From: Acidimicrobiia bacterium | GTDB taxonomy: Bacteria > Acidobacteriota > Vicinamibacteria > Vicinamibacterales > UBA2999 | Direction of reading: 5' to 3' | DNA length: 64,000 nucleotides | Assembly: GCA_016871275.1 (NCBI GenBank) | Contig: VFZG01000016.1 | Coordinates: 2,045-66,044, forward strand | Shown: one piece after another, positions 11,464 to 20,552 of the stretch | Layout: each line of letters starts with the position of its first letter | Numbering within the stretch: position 1 is the stretch's first letter | The notes under the pieces: generated by a model | What the model saw: the letters and a program-made list of their open reading frames with translations, nothing else | What the model was told of the DNA's origin: nothing | Database searches by the model: none | Translations under genes and position numbers: made by a program

Positions 11464-11488
11464 AGGTAATTGAAGGTAATAAGGCAAT
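11461..11488 (+). repeat. tandem decamer repeat (TGAAGGTAAT x2 plus a partial AAGGCAAT)
   Basis: tgaaggtaat tgaaggtaat aaggcaat begins on the stop codon of the 10471 gene. The stretch is AT-rich for this sequence. Confidence 0.85.
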
Positions 11489-11515
11489 GACGTGTAAAGT
11501 TTGAACGTTACACTT

Positions 11516-11521
11516 TAAGCT
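11516..11521 (+). promoter_or_regulatory. -10-like hexamer TAAGCT, 7 nt upstream of the GTG at 11529 (leaderless candidate)
   Basis: TAnnnT hexamer, no Shine-Dalgarno between it and the start. Part of the recurrent pattern described in the findings. Confidence 0.4.
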
Positions 11522-11528
11522 TCCCCCG

Positions 11529-11930
11529 GTGGCCGACCACGTCTTCTTCTACGGCACCTTGATGTCCCCCTTCAACCGACCGGGGCGTCAGCGTGTGACC
11601 CCCAAGCTTCACTACCAGGGCCGCGGCACCATCCACGCGGCCTTGTTCGATCTGGGCATCTATCCAGCCGCGATTCCCGCAAACGACGCAAGCCGAGTCT
11701 GGGGTGAACTATACGAGACCTCGGATCTGTCTTCGGTGCTGGCAGTCCTCGACGAAATCGAAGGGCACCGGCCGAGCGAGCCCGAGCGCAGCCTCTATAA
11801 CCGCGTGCTCGCCGACGTCACGCTGGAAGACGGACGAGTCGAGCAGGCGTGGACCTACTTCTACAACGCGCCGCTGGGGCGCGCCGAGCGGATCCAGTCA
11901 GGCGACTACCTGCTCCACCTAGGATTGTGA
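11529..11930 (+). CDS. gamma-glutamylcyclotransferase (GGCT/AIG2-like) family protein
   Basis: N-terminal VFFYGTLM motif and an ...AWTYFYN... C-terminus, typical of the AIG2/GGCT fold. 133 aa. Confidence 0.75.
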   Translation: MADHVFFYGTLMSPFNRPGRQRVTPKLHYQGRGTIHAALFDLGIYPAAIPANDASRVWGELYETSDLSSVLAVLDEIEGHRPSEPERSLYNRVLADVTLEDGRVEQAWTYFYNAPLGRAERIQSGDYLLHLGL

Positions 11931-12263
11931 TTTCTCTCTTGCCAGCTGGTCCACGAAGTGCTGGATGGCGGTGGCGACGCGCTCGGACAGCTCGATGAAC
12001 TCCACGCCCGTTCGATAGGTGATCTCAATCTGGTCGACTTCGCTGATGCATGAATGCGCGATGCGGCCCTTGACCACGACCGAGCGATTGCCGAGGGTCA
12101 GCCGGAAATCGTGCAGGGAATCCAGTTGCAGCGGGAAGCTGGTCTCCACCTGCATGCCGCCATGACTGATCTGGCGGACCGCAGACGGCTGGAAAACCAT
12201 TACCTCGCCGTGCAGCGCTCCAAGGAGTTCGACGCGCTCGGAATCGCGCTTGTCCGAGGCCAT
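11919..12263 (-). CDS. PilZ domain protein
   Basis: 114 aa. The RDSERVEL...GEV... plus DFRLTLG...VVKGRIAHS pattern is consistent with a c-di-GMP-binding PilZ barrel. Its 3' end overlaps the convergent GGCT gene by 12 nt. Confidence 0.7.
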   Translation of the reverse strand: MASDKRDSERVELLGALHGEVMVFQPSAVRQISHGGMQVETSFPLQLDSLHDFRLTLGNRSVVVKGRIAHSCISEVDQIEITYRTGVEFIELSERVATAIQHFVDQLAREKSQS

Positions 12264-12574
12264 TCGCCCGGAATTATAGCGTAGGCCTCTGCCGCCGCGT
12301 AGGTGAGGATCGGCAACCGGCGAGTCGCCGGGTCGAGCTGCAGCATCTGCAGCACCTGGCAGGCCTCTTCATCGTCTGGGGCGAAGCACAGGGTCACGAG
12401 GTCGGGGCGGCGCTGACGGATCGCGACCTACGGCGTGGCGTTCTTGCCGGGGAAGTCGACGCGGAAGCGATTGGCGCCCAGCATGGGTTCGACGCCGATC
12501 AGTGCCTCCGGACCCGCACCAATGACCAATGCCCGCGGGAGGATGCTGGTGGCTGGTGTGTGGACGCCGGTCAT
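12200..12574 (-). pseudogene. CheY-like receiver-domain ORF interrupted by an in-frame TAG (codon 49); degenerate pseudo-receiver
   Basis: ATG at 12574 has an AGGAGAA Shine-Dalgarno 5 nt upstream. It reads MTGVHTPATSILPRALVIGAGPEALIGVEPMLGANRFRVDFPGKNATP-TAG(12430..12428)-VAIRQRRPDLVTLCFAPDDEEACQVLQMLQLDPATRRLPILTY..., which follows the REC beta1-alpha1...beta3(PDLV)...beta4(PILTY) layout but lacks the acceptor Asp. The tail overlaps the PilZ start. Confidence 0.45.
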
Positions 12575-12690
12575 AAGGTTCTCCTGACTCACGGTTGCTG
12601 AGACCCGTACCTGTCGGGAAACGTGCCAGACACATTTGGTGCTTTCCCTGCCGAATGAGACGCGTAGCGGCGCCGGAAAGTGACACGCAC

Positions 12691-12696
12691 TAGAAT
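12691..12696 (+). promoter_or_regulatory. -10-like hexamer TAGAAT, 6 nt upstream of the ATG at 12703 (leaderless candidate)
   Basis: gtgaca-N5-TAGAAT-N6-ATG, with no Shine-Dalgarno. Confidence 0.45.
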
Positions 12697-12702
12697 CTTT
12701 GG

Positions 12703-14178
12703 ATGACGTCTATTGGCAACTTCATCGGGGGCGAGTGGCGGCCTGCCCAATCCGGCGCCACGCTCGAGAACCGCAATCCTGCCGATACCAGCGAACTGAT
12801 CGGCACGTTCGCCGACTCGTCCGCGGCGGACGCCGAGCTGGCGATCGCCGCGGCCCGTCGCGCGTTCGATCAGTGGCGGCTGTTCCCGGCGCCGAAGCGC
12901 GCCGAGCTGCTGTTCAAGGCGGCGCAGATCATCGCCTCTCGCAAAGAGGACCTCGCGCGCGACATGACGCGCGAAATGGGCAAGGTCCTCGACGAGACGC
13001 GCGGTGACGTGCAGGAAGCGATTGACATGACCTACTTCCTGGCCGCCGAGGGACGGCGCCTGCACGGCCAGACGGCGCCGTCCGAGCTGCGCGACAAGTT
13101 CGCGATGTCGCTTCGGCAGCCAATCGGTGTCTGCTCGATGATCACGCCGTGGAATTTCCCGATGGCGATCCCCTCGTGGAAGATCATCCCGGCGCTGGTC
13201 TGCGGCAACACGGTGGTGCTCAAGCCATCGGAGCTGACGCCGCTGTCCGCCGTGCACTTCGTGAAGGTGCTCGACGAGGCCGGCATTCCGCCCGGCGTCG
13301 TCAACCTGGTGACCGGTGGGCCTGCCGTCGGCGAAGTCCTCACCACGCATCCGGATGTCTCGGTCGTGTCGTTCACCGGATCGACGGCGGTCGGGAAGCT
13401 CGTGAACCAGAACGCGGCGCCGCACTTCAAGAAGGTCCATCTCGAGATGGGCGGCAAGAACGCCATCATGATCATGGACGACGCCAACCTGGAGCTGGCG
13501 CTGGAGGGGTGCCTGTGGGGCGGGTTCGGCACCACCGGGCAGCGATGTACCGCCGCCAGCCGCGTGATTGTGCACGAGAGAGTGCACGATCGATTCGTCG
13601 AGGCGTTTGTCGCGCGCGCCTCGGCGCTGCGCGTCGGCAACGGGCTGGAGCCGTCGACGCAGATGGGGCCGTCGATCAGCGAGCGGCAGTTGCAGAAGGT
13701 GATCAGTTACGTCGAGATTGGCCGGCAGGAAGGCGCCACCATCGCCTGCGGCGGCCGCCGCCTCACTGGCGGCGCGTTCGACGCCGGGTTCTTCCACGAG
13801 CCCACCGTCTTCACCGGCGTGACGCCGTCGATGCGGATCGCTCGCGAAGAGATCTTCGGGCCGGTGGTCTCGGTCCTCAAGTGCGGGTCGGTCGATGAGG
13901 CGGTCGGGATCGCGAATGACGTGGCGTATGGGCTGTCGTGCTCGATCTACACGCAGGACATCAATCGCGCCTTCAAGGCGATGCGCGACGTCTATACCGG
14001 CATCTTCTATGTGAACGCGCCGACCATCGGCGCGGAAGTGCACCTGCCGTTCGGCGGCACCCGGGCGACGGGCAACGGGCACCGCGAGGCCGGCCTGGCG
14101 GCGCTCGATGTGTTTTCAGAGTGGAAGTCGATCTACGTGGACTTCAGCGGCAAGCTGCAGCGCGCGCAGATTGATTGA
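12703..14178 (+). CDS. NAD(P)-dependent aldehyde dehydrogenase
   Basis: 491 aa. FTGSTAVG, catalytic Glu in LEMGGKN, catalytic Cys in GQRCTAASR. Confidence 0.9.
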   Translation: MTSIGNFIGGEWRPAQSGATLENRNPADTSELIGTFADSSAADAELAIAAARRAFDQWRLFPAPKRAELLFKAAQIIASRKEDLARDMTREMGKVLDETRGDVQEAIDMTYFLAAEGRRLHGQTAPSELRDKFAMSLRQPIGVCSMITPWNFPMAIPSWKIIPALVCGNTVVLKPSELTPLSAVHFVKVLDEAGIPPGVVNLVTGGPAVGEVLTTHPDVSVVSFTGSTAVGKLVNQNAAPHFKKVHLEMGGKNAIMIMDDANLELALEGCLWGGFGTTGQRCTAASRVIVHERVHDRFVEAFVARASALRVGNGLEPSTQMGPSISERQLQKVISYVEIGRQEGATIACGGRRLTGGAFDAGFFHEPTVFTGVTPSMRIAREEIFGPVVSVLKCGSVDEAVGIANDVAYGLSCSIYTQDINRAFKAMRDVYTGIFYVNAPTIGAEVHLPFGGTRATGNGHREAGLAALDVFSEWKSIYVDFSGKLQRAQID

Positions 14179-14180
14179 GG

Positions 14181-14927
14181 TTACTTCACACGCTCGCGGA
14201 TCGCCCTTTCCAGTTCGGGATTCACCTTGAAGCCGGTTGTTTTCGCGGCCTGCAGCGCGGCGTAGGCCTCTCCGAAACGCCCGGTTTCGAGATAGACCAC
14301 GGCCAGATTGCTGTGCGCCTCGCCGGAGCGATCGTCAGCGGCGACCGTGGCTTTGTACTCACGTTCGGCGTCGGCCAACCGTCCGGCACGGAAGTAGGCA
14401 CTGCCCAACGACAGCGAGACCCACGGTGGCACCGTCGCGTCGATCGTCATGCTGTTGCCGCGCTGAACCGCGTTATGGATGTCGCGCCGCTGGTTGCTCA
14501 ACTGCCGCAGCAGCTCCTGGCTTCTCGCGCTCGGCGGCATACTCTGCAACTGCCGGATCTGTTCGTCGATCTCCGTCAGCCGATCGTTCCGGTAGCGCTG
14601 GGCCTCCTGCTGAGTCGTGAACTGGCGCCCCGCTCTCGCGCGAAACAGTCCCTGGCATTGGCTGAGGGCGTCAATCGCTTCGACGAACTGCTTGATGGCC
14701 ATTTTGGCGCGGCCCAGACCGTAATATGGAATCTCGAACGTGGGATCGAACTCGATGGCGCGCTGAAAGGAGCGCGCGGCGCCTGCCCATTGCTCCGCGC
14801 CCATTTGTTCCCATCCCAACTGGTTTTGCAGACGGGCCTGTTTGCGATCGGCCGCGGGCTGTGTGGCCGTCGCCGGCGACGAGGCAGCAACGGCCACCAG
14901 GGCGATGACGAAGATGATGCAGCGCAT
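14181..14927 (-). CDS. secreted tetratricopeptide-repeat protein
   Basis: Signal peptide MRCIIFVIALVAVAASSPATA. TPR-like A..Y...G....A repeats. ATG at 14927 has a GAGG upstream; the ORF-track start at 14984 lies inside the terminator hairpin. Confidence 0.7.
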   Translation of the reverse strand: MRCIIFVIALVAVAASSPATATQPAADRKQARLQNQLGWEQMGAEQWAGAARSFQRAIEFDPTFEIPYYGLGRAKMAIKQFVEAIDALSQCQGLFRARAGRQFTTQQEAQRYRNDRLTEIDEQIRQLQSMPPSARSQELLRQLSNQRRDIHNAVQRGNSMTIDATVPPWVSLSLGSAYFRAGRLADAEREYKATVAADDRSGEAHSNLAVVYLETGRFGEAYAALQAAKTTGFKVNPELERAIRERVK

Positions 14928-14952
14928 GATCGTGACCTCGGCTGAAACGTGA

Positions 14953-14985
14953 AATGCCCCGCGGGCGCATCGCCCGCGGGGCATT
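14953..14985 (-). terminator. intrinsic terminator hairpin downstream of the TonB-dependent receptor gene
   Basis: Perfect 14-bp GC-rich stem ATGCCCCGCGGGCG/CGCCCGCGGGGCAT with a 3-nt loop. On the minus strand it is followed by TTTCACGTTTC. Confidence 0.75.
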
Positions 14986-15011
14986 CATGATACGAGCGGA
15001 CCGCCCGGTGC

Positions 15012-17996
15012 CTAGAACCGGAGGCGGAACTCGAAGCGGGCCTGGAGCGGCGCCTGGAACCCGTTGTCCATGAGGAATCGCGGGTCTTTAATCACGTTCT
15101 GGCTTGTGATGAGCGACGCCAACCTCTCGCGGCCCGCGTAGAACCGCGCCTCGTCAGGCATGACGCCGTTGGTCTTTTGGTAGGTCGAGTACCGCGACGT
15201 CGCGACGTCCTGGTTGAACAAGTTGATGATGTTGAGACCCAACTGGACATCGCGCCCGCCTGGAAGTGAGAACGCGTGTTGCACCAGCAAGTCGGTCTGA
15301 GCGAACATCGGTGTCCGCCCGTCGCTGCCGCGGCCGAGATACTGCACGGGCAGGTTGTTGGGTGGGTAGATGCCGATCTCACGCGTCACGGGCAGGCCGC
15401 TCGCCACGTACTGGTTGGCGCCGATGCTCGTCTTGAAGGGGAACATGTAGATGAGCTGCGCCTTGAACTGGTGCGGCCGGTCGGTGGCCAGCGGGCCGAG
15501 CGCCGCCGTGCCGCCGTCCTGGAACATCATCAGCGGGTAGTCCCAGAGACGCCCCACGTTCGGGCTGGTACGGCCGTTCTCGTCGGACTGCGACAGGCCC
15601 GAGTAGTTGCCATGGAGCCGGCTCCACATGTAGCTGAGCCGCGCATACCAGTTGTTCGCGTACCTCTTGTCGAAGGCGAACTCCACGCTGTCGTAGTCGC
15701 GGACGGCCTTCGGGTTGGCCACGTTCGGGTTGATGAAGGCCAGGCTCGCCAGCCCGAAGCCGGGGTTGGCGATGATATAGATCTCGTTGCCCTGCTCGTC
15801 GAGCGCGCCCGTGTCCTCGACGCCCCGGTCGACCTGCTTGTGCACGTACTTGACGCTGAGCGCCATGACGTCGTTCATCTGGTGCTCGATGCCGAAGGTC
15901 GCCTCCTGCAGTTTCATCGGCTTGAGGTCGGGGTCCACCGAATCCGATCCCAGCGAGACGTGCCGGAAGTCGATGGGACCGCGGATGAGCCTGCCCGGGC
16001 ACGCCGGCGGGCAGTTCGTCCCGGCGGTCAGGTTCGTCCAGTCGAACGTGTCGAGCGAGTAGTAGTACTCGAGCCACTTGTCGCCGCCGAACGAGCCCCG
16101 GGGCAGCTCGAGCTTGAAGATGTCGTAGAAGATGCCCCACGAGCCGAAGGCCTTCCACCTGCCGTCGCCCTTCACATCGTAGGCAAAGCCCACGCGCGGC
16201 GCCAGCTTGTCGGCGAAGTTGAACTTGAGGCCGAACTCGGGAATCGACGGGTCGCCCGTCAGGTAGGTCGGCACCTTCTCGCGCTCGGTGCGCACGCCCG
16301 CGTTGATGGTCAGGCGGTTGTTGATGGTCCACGAGTCCTGGACGAACAGGCCGATGTTCGTCGTGTGGACGTTGCCCTCGGTGATGAAGCCCTGTTTGGG
16401 GTTCACCCCGTTGCTCCGCACTTGGTAGTAGCCGTAGGTGCCGCGCTGGCCGCCCAGGCTCGTGTTCCACCGGATGCGGACGAGGTTGGCCGATTCGCCG
16501 CTCAGCACGTCGTTGCCCACACGGTCGGCCTGCACGCCGAACTTGATCTGGTGGGCGCCTCCGGCGTTGGCGTACACCGTGCCGTCGGCCTGGAGGTAGA
16601 GGCGCGCCTGCTGATCGCGCGTCACCTTGGTGTTCGACGGGATGTTCTGGAAGCCCGTCGAGCGCTGCAGGCTCACGGGCGTGTCGAGCAGGCCGATGTT
16701 GTTGCCCGTCGAGAAGATGATGCGCGGCTGCTCGGTCACCTTCGAGTCGTGCTGGTCGGCGCTGAAGTAGCCGCCGCGGACGCCCAGGAAGAACTTCGAT
16801 GAGGCCACCCAGTCGAGGTTGCCCGACACCGAGTAGTTCGGGAACGTGGAGGTCTTGGTGTAATTAGTACCGGCGGGGTCGGTGCCCGTCAACGCCGGCA
16901 GCAGGCCTCCGATTTCGCGCCAGCTATTGTTATAGGACGCCCGGCCGCGAACGCTGTTGGACAGCTGCGACGTCACGTTGGCCGTGATGTTCTGTTCGGG
17001 CGTCTTCTGCTCCGAAGAGATGGTGGCCGCCGACGGGTTTCCAGCAGTCGACGGGCTGACGCTGCGGGTCGTCGTCTCTATCACTGGCAGGTAAGCGCCG
17101 TAGAACCACGCGCGGTTGCGGACGATGGGGCCACCGAGCGAGAAGCCGGGCTCGACGCGCGATTCGTCGTCCTTGGGATAAGTGATGTATTCGGCGATAT
17201 CCGAGTTCAGGAGATTCTGGCGCAGGCTGGGACGACGGCTGGCCGCGAGTGAGCTGCCCTGAAAGTTGAACAGCGCCGTTCCATGCATTTCGTTCGTGCC
17301 ACTCTTGGTGACGGCATTGATCACGCCGCCGGTAGACCCGCCGAACTCCGCCGTATACCCGCTCGACTTGACCTGCACCTCCTCGACGAAGTCGGTGATG
17401 AGGCGCGCGCCGGACGTGCCGCTGCGGAGGTTCGTCGTTTCGATGCCGTCGATGATGTAGCGATTCTCGCTGCCGCTCGCGCCATCGATTGAGATGCCAC
17501 CCAGCTTCGACTCCTGGTTGGCGCCCGGTGCCTGGGTGACGAGACTTGTGAAATCGCGGCCCTTGGGCAGCAACTCCACCTGCTCGGCCCGGATGTTGGC
17601 CTGACGTGCCGTGCTCCGGACATCAATGAGCGGCGTTTCCGCCGTCACCTGGACAGTCTCGGTGACGCCAGCGAGCGGCAACGAGAAGTCAACTTTCTTC
17701 GACAGACCCAAGGCGACACGGACGTCGGCCACCTCACGGGCAACGAAGCCCTGGAGGGTCGCCGTGACCTTGTAGTTCCCCGGAGCGAGAGACGGGAAGC
17801 GATAGACGCCCTGCGCGTCCGTGATGGTTGACGCCACCGAGCCGGTATTGGATGACGCCTCCACAGTAGCGCCGGGCAACACTGCGCCCGACGTATCGCG
17901 AACGCTGCCCTCAATGGAACCACGCTGGTCCTGGGCAAACGCGGGGATTGTGACCAGAAGCGCAACGAGCAGAGCGGTGAACGATCGTTGGAGCAT
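15012..17996 (-). CDS. TonB-dependent receptor with N-terminal carboxypeptidase-regulatory-like domain
   Basis: Signal peptide ...IPAFAQ, then GSIEGSVRDTSGAVLPGATVEA (CarboxypepD_reg), a plug and long beta-barrel, terminal ...FEFRLRF. ATG at 17996 has AAGGAGGG upstream. Confidence 0.85.
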   Translation of the reverse strand: MLQRSFTALLVALLVTIPAFAQDQRGSIEGSVRDTSGAVLPGATVEASSNTGSVASTITDAQGVYRFPSLAPGNYKVTATLQGFVAREVADVRVALGLSKKVDFSLPLAGVTETVQVTAETPLIDVRSTARQANIRAEQVELLPKGRDFTSLVTQAPGANQESKLGGISIDGASGSENRYIIDGIETTNLRSGTSGARLITDFVEEVQVKSSGYTAEFGGSTGGVINAVTKSGTNEMHGTALFNFQGSSLAASRRPSLRQNLLNSDIAEYITYPKDDESRVEPGFSLGGPIVRNRAWFYGAYLPVIETTTRSVSPSTAGNPSAATISSEQKTPEQNITANVTSQLSNSVRGRASYNNSWREIGGLLPALTGTDPAGTNYTKTSTFPNYSVSGNLDWVASSKFFLGVRGGYFSADQHDSKVTEQPRIIFSTGNNIGLLDTPVSLQRSTGFQNIPSNTKVTRDQQARLYLQADGTVYANAGGAHQIKFGVQADRVGNDVLSGESANLVRIRWNTSLGGQRGTYGYYQVRSNGVNPKQGFITEGNVHTTNIGLFVQDSWTINNRLTINAGVRTEREKVPTYLTGDPSIPEFGLKFNFADKLAPRVGFAYDVKGDGRWKAFGSWGIFYDIFKLELPRGSFGGDKWLEYYYSLDTFDWTNLTAGTNCPPACPGRLIRGPIDFRHVSLGSDSVDPDLKPMKLQEATFGIEHQMNDVMALSVKYVHKQVDRGVEDTGALDEQGNEIYIIANPGFGLASLAFINPNVANPKAVRDYDSVEFAFDKRYANNWYARLSYMWSRLHGNYSGLSQSDENGRTSPNVGRLWDYPLMMFQDGGTAALGPLATDRPHQFKAQLIYMFPFKTSIGANQYVASGLPVTREIGIYPPNNLPVQYLGRGSDGRTPMFAQTDLLVQHAFSLPGGRDVQLGLNIINLFNQDVATSRYSTYQKTNGVMPDEARFYAGRERLASLITSQNVIKDPRFLMDNGFQAPLQARFEFRLRF

Positions 17997-18250
17997 AAAC
18001 AGCCCTCCTTGAACGGACATAGAAGGAAAAAAGAAGCTGAATCGTAGTGGCAATCTCGGTCAGCAGGATGAACCGTCCCACCAAGCCGGCGAGAACCGTT
18101 GCTGAGGGTAGTCCATGAATGGCGCAAAAACTACAACAAATCCTGAATCCTGTGTAAAACGGGAATAATGGCGCGTTTTTGCGGACCAAATTGCCAGTCC
18201 CCGTCAAGCTGCAGTGGGCGGAGATCCCGCTAATTTGAACAGTCGTTTGA

Positions 18251-18256
18251 TACTAT
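18251..18256 (+). promoter_or_regulatory. -10-like hexamer TACTAT, 7 nt upstream of the ATG at 18264 (leaderless candidate)
   Basis: TTGAAC-N10-TACTAT-N7-ATG, with no Shine-Dalgarno. Confidence 0.4.
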
Positions 18257-18263
18257 CGGCACC

Positions 18264-19316
18264 ATGCGCATCGCGGTGATCGCCGGCGACGGCATCGGCA
18301 AGGACGTCACGGCCGAGGCGGTGAGGGTCCTCAATGCCGTCTCACGGGCGTTTGGACGGCCGATCCAGCTCGAACACCTGCCATGGAGCGCCGATCACTA
18401 CCTGAAGACCGGCGAGACGCTGCCCGCCAATGGCTACGACCTGCTGCGCACTTTTGACGCGGTGTTCGTCGGTGCGCTCGGTGATCCGCGTGTCACCGAC
18501 AACCGTCACGCGCGCGACATCCTGCTCGGCAGCCGCTTCGAGCTCGACCTCTATGTCAACTACCGGCCGGTCAAGCTGCTCGACGATCGCCTGAGCCCGC
18601 TCAAGGATCGCGGCCGCAAGGACATCAACTTCGTCGTGTTCCGCGAGAACACCGAGGGCGTCTACGTGAGCGTCGGCGGCCGCTTCAAGGCCGGCACCGA
18701 CGACGAAATCGCCATCCAGGAAGAAGTCAACACCTACAAGGGTGTGCACCGCATCATCCGCCATGCGTTCGAGTTCGCGCAGGCCAACGGACTGACCAGG
18801 GTGTGCATGGCCGACAAGAGCAACGCCATGCAGCAGGGACACGCACTCTGGCAGCGCGTCTTCAAGGCGGTGGCGGCGCACTACCCCGGCATCACCGCGA
18901 CGCATCAATACATTGATGCGATGGCGATGTTCCTGGTCCAGGATCCCGCGCAGTACCAGGTTATCGTCACCAACAACCTGTTCGGCGACATCATCACCGA
19001 CATCGGCGGCGCGCTGCAGGGGGGCCTGGGTATGGCCGGCTCCGGCAACATTCACCCCGGCAAGACGTCACTGTTCGAGCCGGTGCACGGCTCGGCACCG
19101 TCGCTGGCGGGGAAGAACATCGCCAATCCGATTGGGGCGATTCTCTCAACCGCCCTGATGCTCGAGACCCTCGGCGCCCGCGACGAAGCCAGGGCGGTCG
19201 AGGCCGCGGTCGAAACCGCGATCGCACGGGGACAAACCACCACGGATATCGGCGGCCCGCTCGGGACCCGCGAAGCCGGGGCCTTCATTGCCGAGCAATT
19301 GAAGCTACGGAAGTAA
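18264..19316 (+). CDS. isopropylmalate/tartrate (D-malate) dehydrogenase family oxidoreductase
   Basis: MRIAVIAGDGIGKDV, LPWSADHYL, NLFGDIITD and HGSAP motifs place it in the decarboxylating beta-hydroxyacid dehydrogenase family. It looks closest to the tartrate dehydrogenase type. Confidence 0.75.
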   Translation: MRIAVIAGDGIGKDVTAEAVRVLNAVSRAFGRPIQLEHLPWSADHYLKTGETLPANGYDLLRTFDAVFVGALGDPRVTDNRHARDILLGSRFELDLYVNYRPVKLLDDRLSPLKDRGRKDINFVVFRENTEGVYVSVGGRFKAGTDDEIAIQEEVNTYKGVHRIIRHAFEFAQANGLTRVCMADKSNAMQQGHALWQRVFKAVAAHYPGITATHQYIDAMAMFLVQDPAQYQVIVTNNLFGDIITDIGGALQGGLGMAGSGNIHPGKTSLFEPVHGSAPSLAGKNIANPIGAILSTALMLETLGARDEARAVEAAVETAIARGQTTTDIGGPLGTREAGAFIAEQLKLRK

Positions 19317-19344
19317 TCACCTGAAAACGAGCCACGAGCAACCC

Positions 19345-20523
19345 ATGAACAACGTCTACATTCTCGGCGGTGCGCGTACGCCCATGACGACACAGGTGGG
19401 CGCGTTGAAGGATTTTTCGGCAATCGAGCTGGGCGCGATCGCCTCGAGGGCGGCGCTGGAGCGGACCGGGACCGATGCGGGGTGGATCGATCACGTCGTG
19501 TTCGGCAACGTGCAGCAGAGCAGCGTGGACGCCCACTACGGGGCTCGCCACGTCGGCCTGAAGGCCGGGCTGCCGATCGAGGTGCCGGCGCTGACCGTGA
19601 ACCGGCTGTGCGGTTCCGGCATCCAGGCGGTGATCAGCGGCGCGCAGCACATCCAGCTTGGCGAAGCCGGCTACGTGCTGGCCGGCGGCATGGAGAACAT
19701 GAGCCAGGTGCCGCACATCATCCGCGGCCTCCGTGCGGGTCTGAAGCTTGGCCAGGGCAAGATGGAAGACTGGCTGTGGGAAGGCCTGACCGATCCGTAC
19801 GCCGGCTGCTCGATGGCGATTACCGCCGAGAACTGCGCGGTCAAGTACGGCATCACCCGCGAGCAGGCCGACCTATACGCGCTGCGGTCGCAGCAGCTCG
19901 CGCACCAGGCGTGGACCTCCGGCGCGATGAAGGAAGAAGTGGTGCCCGTCGAGATCAAGTCGAAGAAAGGCGTCACGCTGATCGGGCAGGACGATTACCT
20001 GCGCCCGGACACGACGCTGGAGGGGCTGGCGAGGCTGCCGACCGTCTTCAAGAAGGACGGCGTGGTCACGGCCGGCAACGCCAGCGGCATTGTTGATGGC
20101 GCCGCCGCGCTGGTGATGGCCGGCGAGGATGCGGTGAAAGCGCGCGGCAGCAAGCCGCTCGGCCGCATCGTGTCGTGGGCGACGGTTGGCGTGGAGCCGA
20201 CGTTGATGGGCATGGGCCCGGCCCCGGCGATTCGCCAGGCGCTGGAGCGCGCCAAGCTGTCACTGGGCGATCTCGATCTCATCGAAATCAACGAGGCGTT
20301 CGCCCCGCAGTACCTGGCGTGCGAACAGGAGCTGGGCCTCGACCGGAACAAGGCCAACGTCAACGGCGGCGCGATCGCGATCGGCCATCCGCTCGGCGCC
20401 AGCGGCGCGCGGCTGATCCTGACGCTGCTGCTCGAGTTGCGTCGTCGCGGCAAGAAGTATGGTGTGGCCTCGGCGTGCATCGGCGGGGGACAGGGAATCG
20501 CGTTGATTGTGGAAGCGGTCTAG
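19345..20523 (+). CDS. acetyl-CoA C-acetyltransferase (thiolase II)
   Basis: Active-site NRLCGSG, GNASGIVDGAAA, C-terminal CIGGGQG. Confidence 0.9.
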   Translation: MNNVYILGGARTPMTTQVGALKDFSAIELGAIASRAALERTGTDAGWIDHVVFGNVQQSSVDAHYGARHVGLKAGLPIEVPALTVNRLCGSGIQAVISGAQHIQLGEAGYVLAGGMENMSQVPHIIRGLRAGLKLGQGKMEDWLWEGLTDPYAGCSMAITAENCAVKYGITREQADLYALRSQQLAHQAWTSGAMKEEVVPVEIKSKKGVTLIGQDDYLRPDTTLEGLARLPTVFKKDGVVTAGNASGIVDGAAALVMAGEDAVKARGSKPLGRIVSWATVGVEPTLMGMGPAPAIRQALERAKLSLGDLDLIEINEAFAPQYLACEQELGLDRNKANVNGGAIAIGHPLGASGARLILTLLLELRRRGKKYGVASACIGGGQGIALIVEAV

Positions 20524-20524
20524 G

Positions 20525-20552
20525 CAGGGATCAGGGAGCAGGGAGCAGAGAA
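20525..20552 (+). repeat. tandem heptamer repeat (CAGGGAK)x3 plus a degenerate unit, between thiolase and hbd
   Basis: cagggat cagggag cagggag cagagaa. The last units supply the GGGAG Shine-Dalgarno for hbd. Confidence 0.85.

Noticed and set aside
12369-12686. 105-aa minus-strand ORF covering the receiver-like region and the divergent promoter.
   Set aside because: It has no motif, a Pro/Arg/Gly-rich composition, and is out of frame with the Shine-Dalgarno-preceded ATG at 12574 that gives a receiver-like translation.
18000-18263. Possible cobalamin riboswitch upstream of the TonB-dependent receptor (a GCCCACTG segment on the minus strand resembles the GCCACTG core).
   Set aside because: I could not find the B12 box (AGYCMGGAGACCKGCC-like), the GGTG..AA..CC elements or the expected helices. 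The resemblance is limited to one short motif. A covariance-model scan would be needed to revive this.
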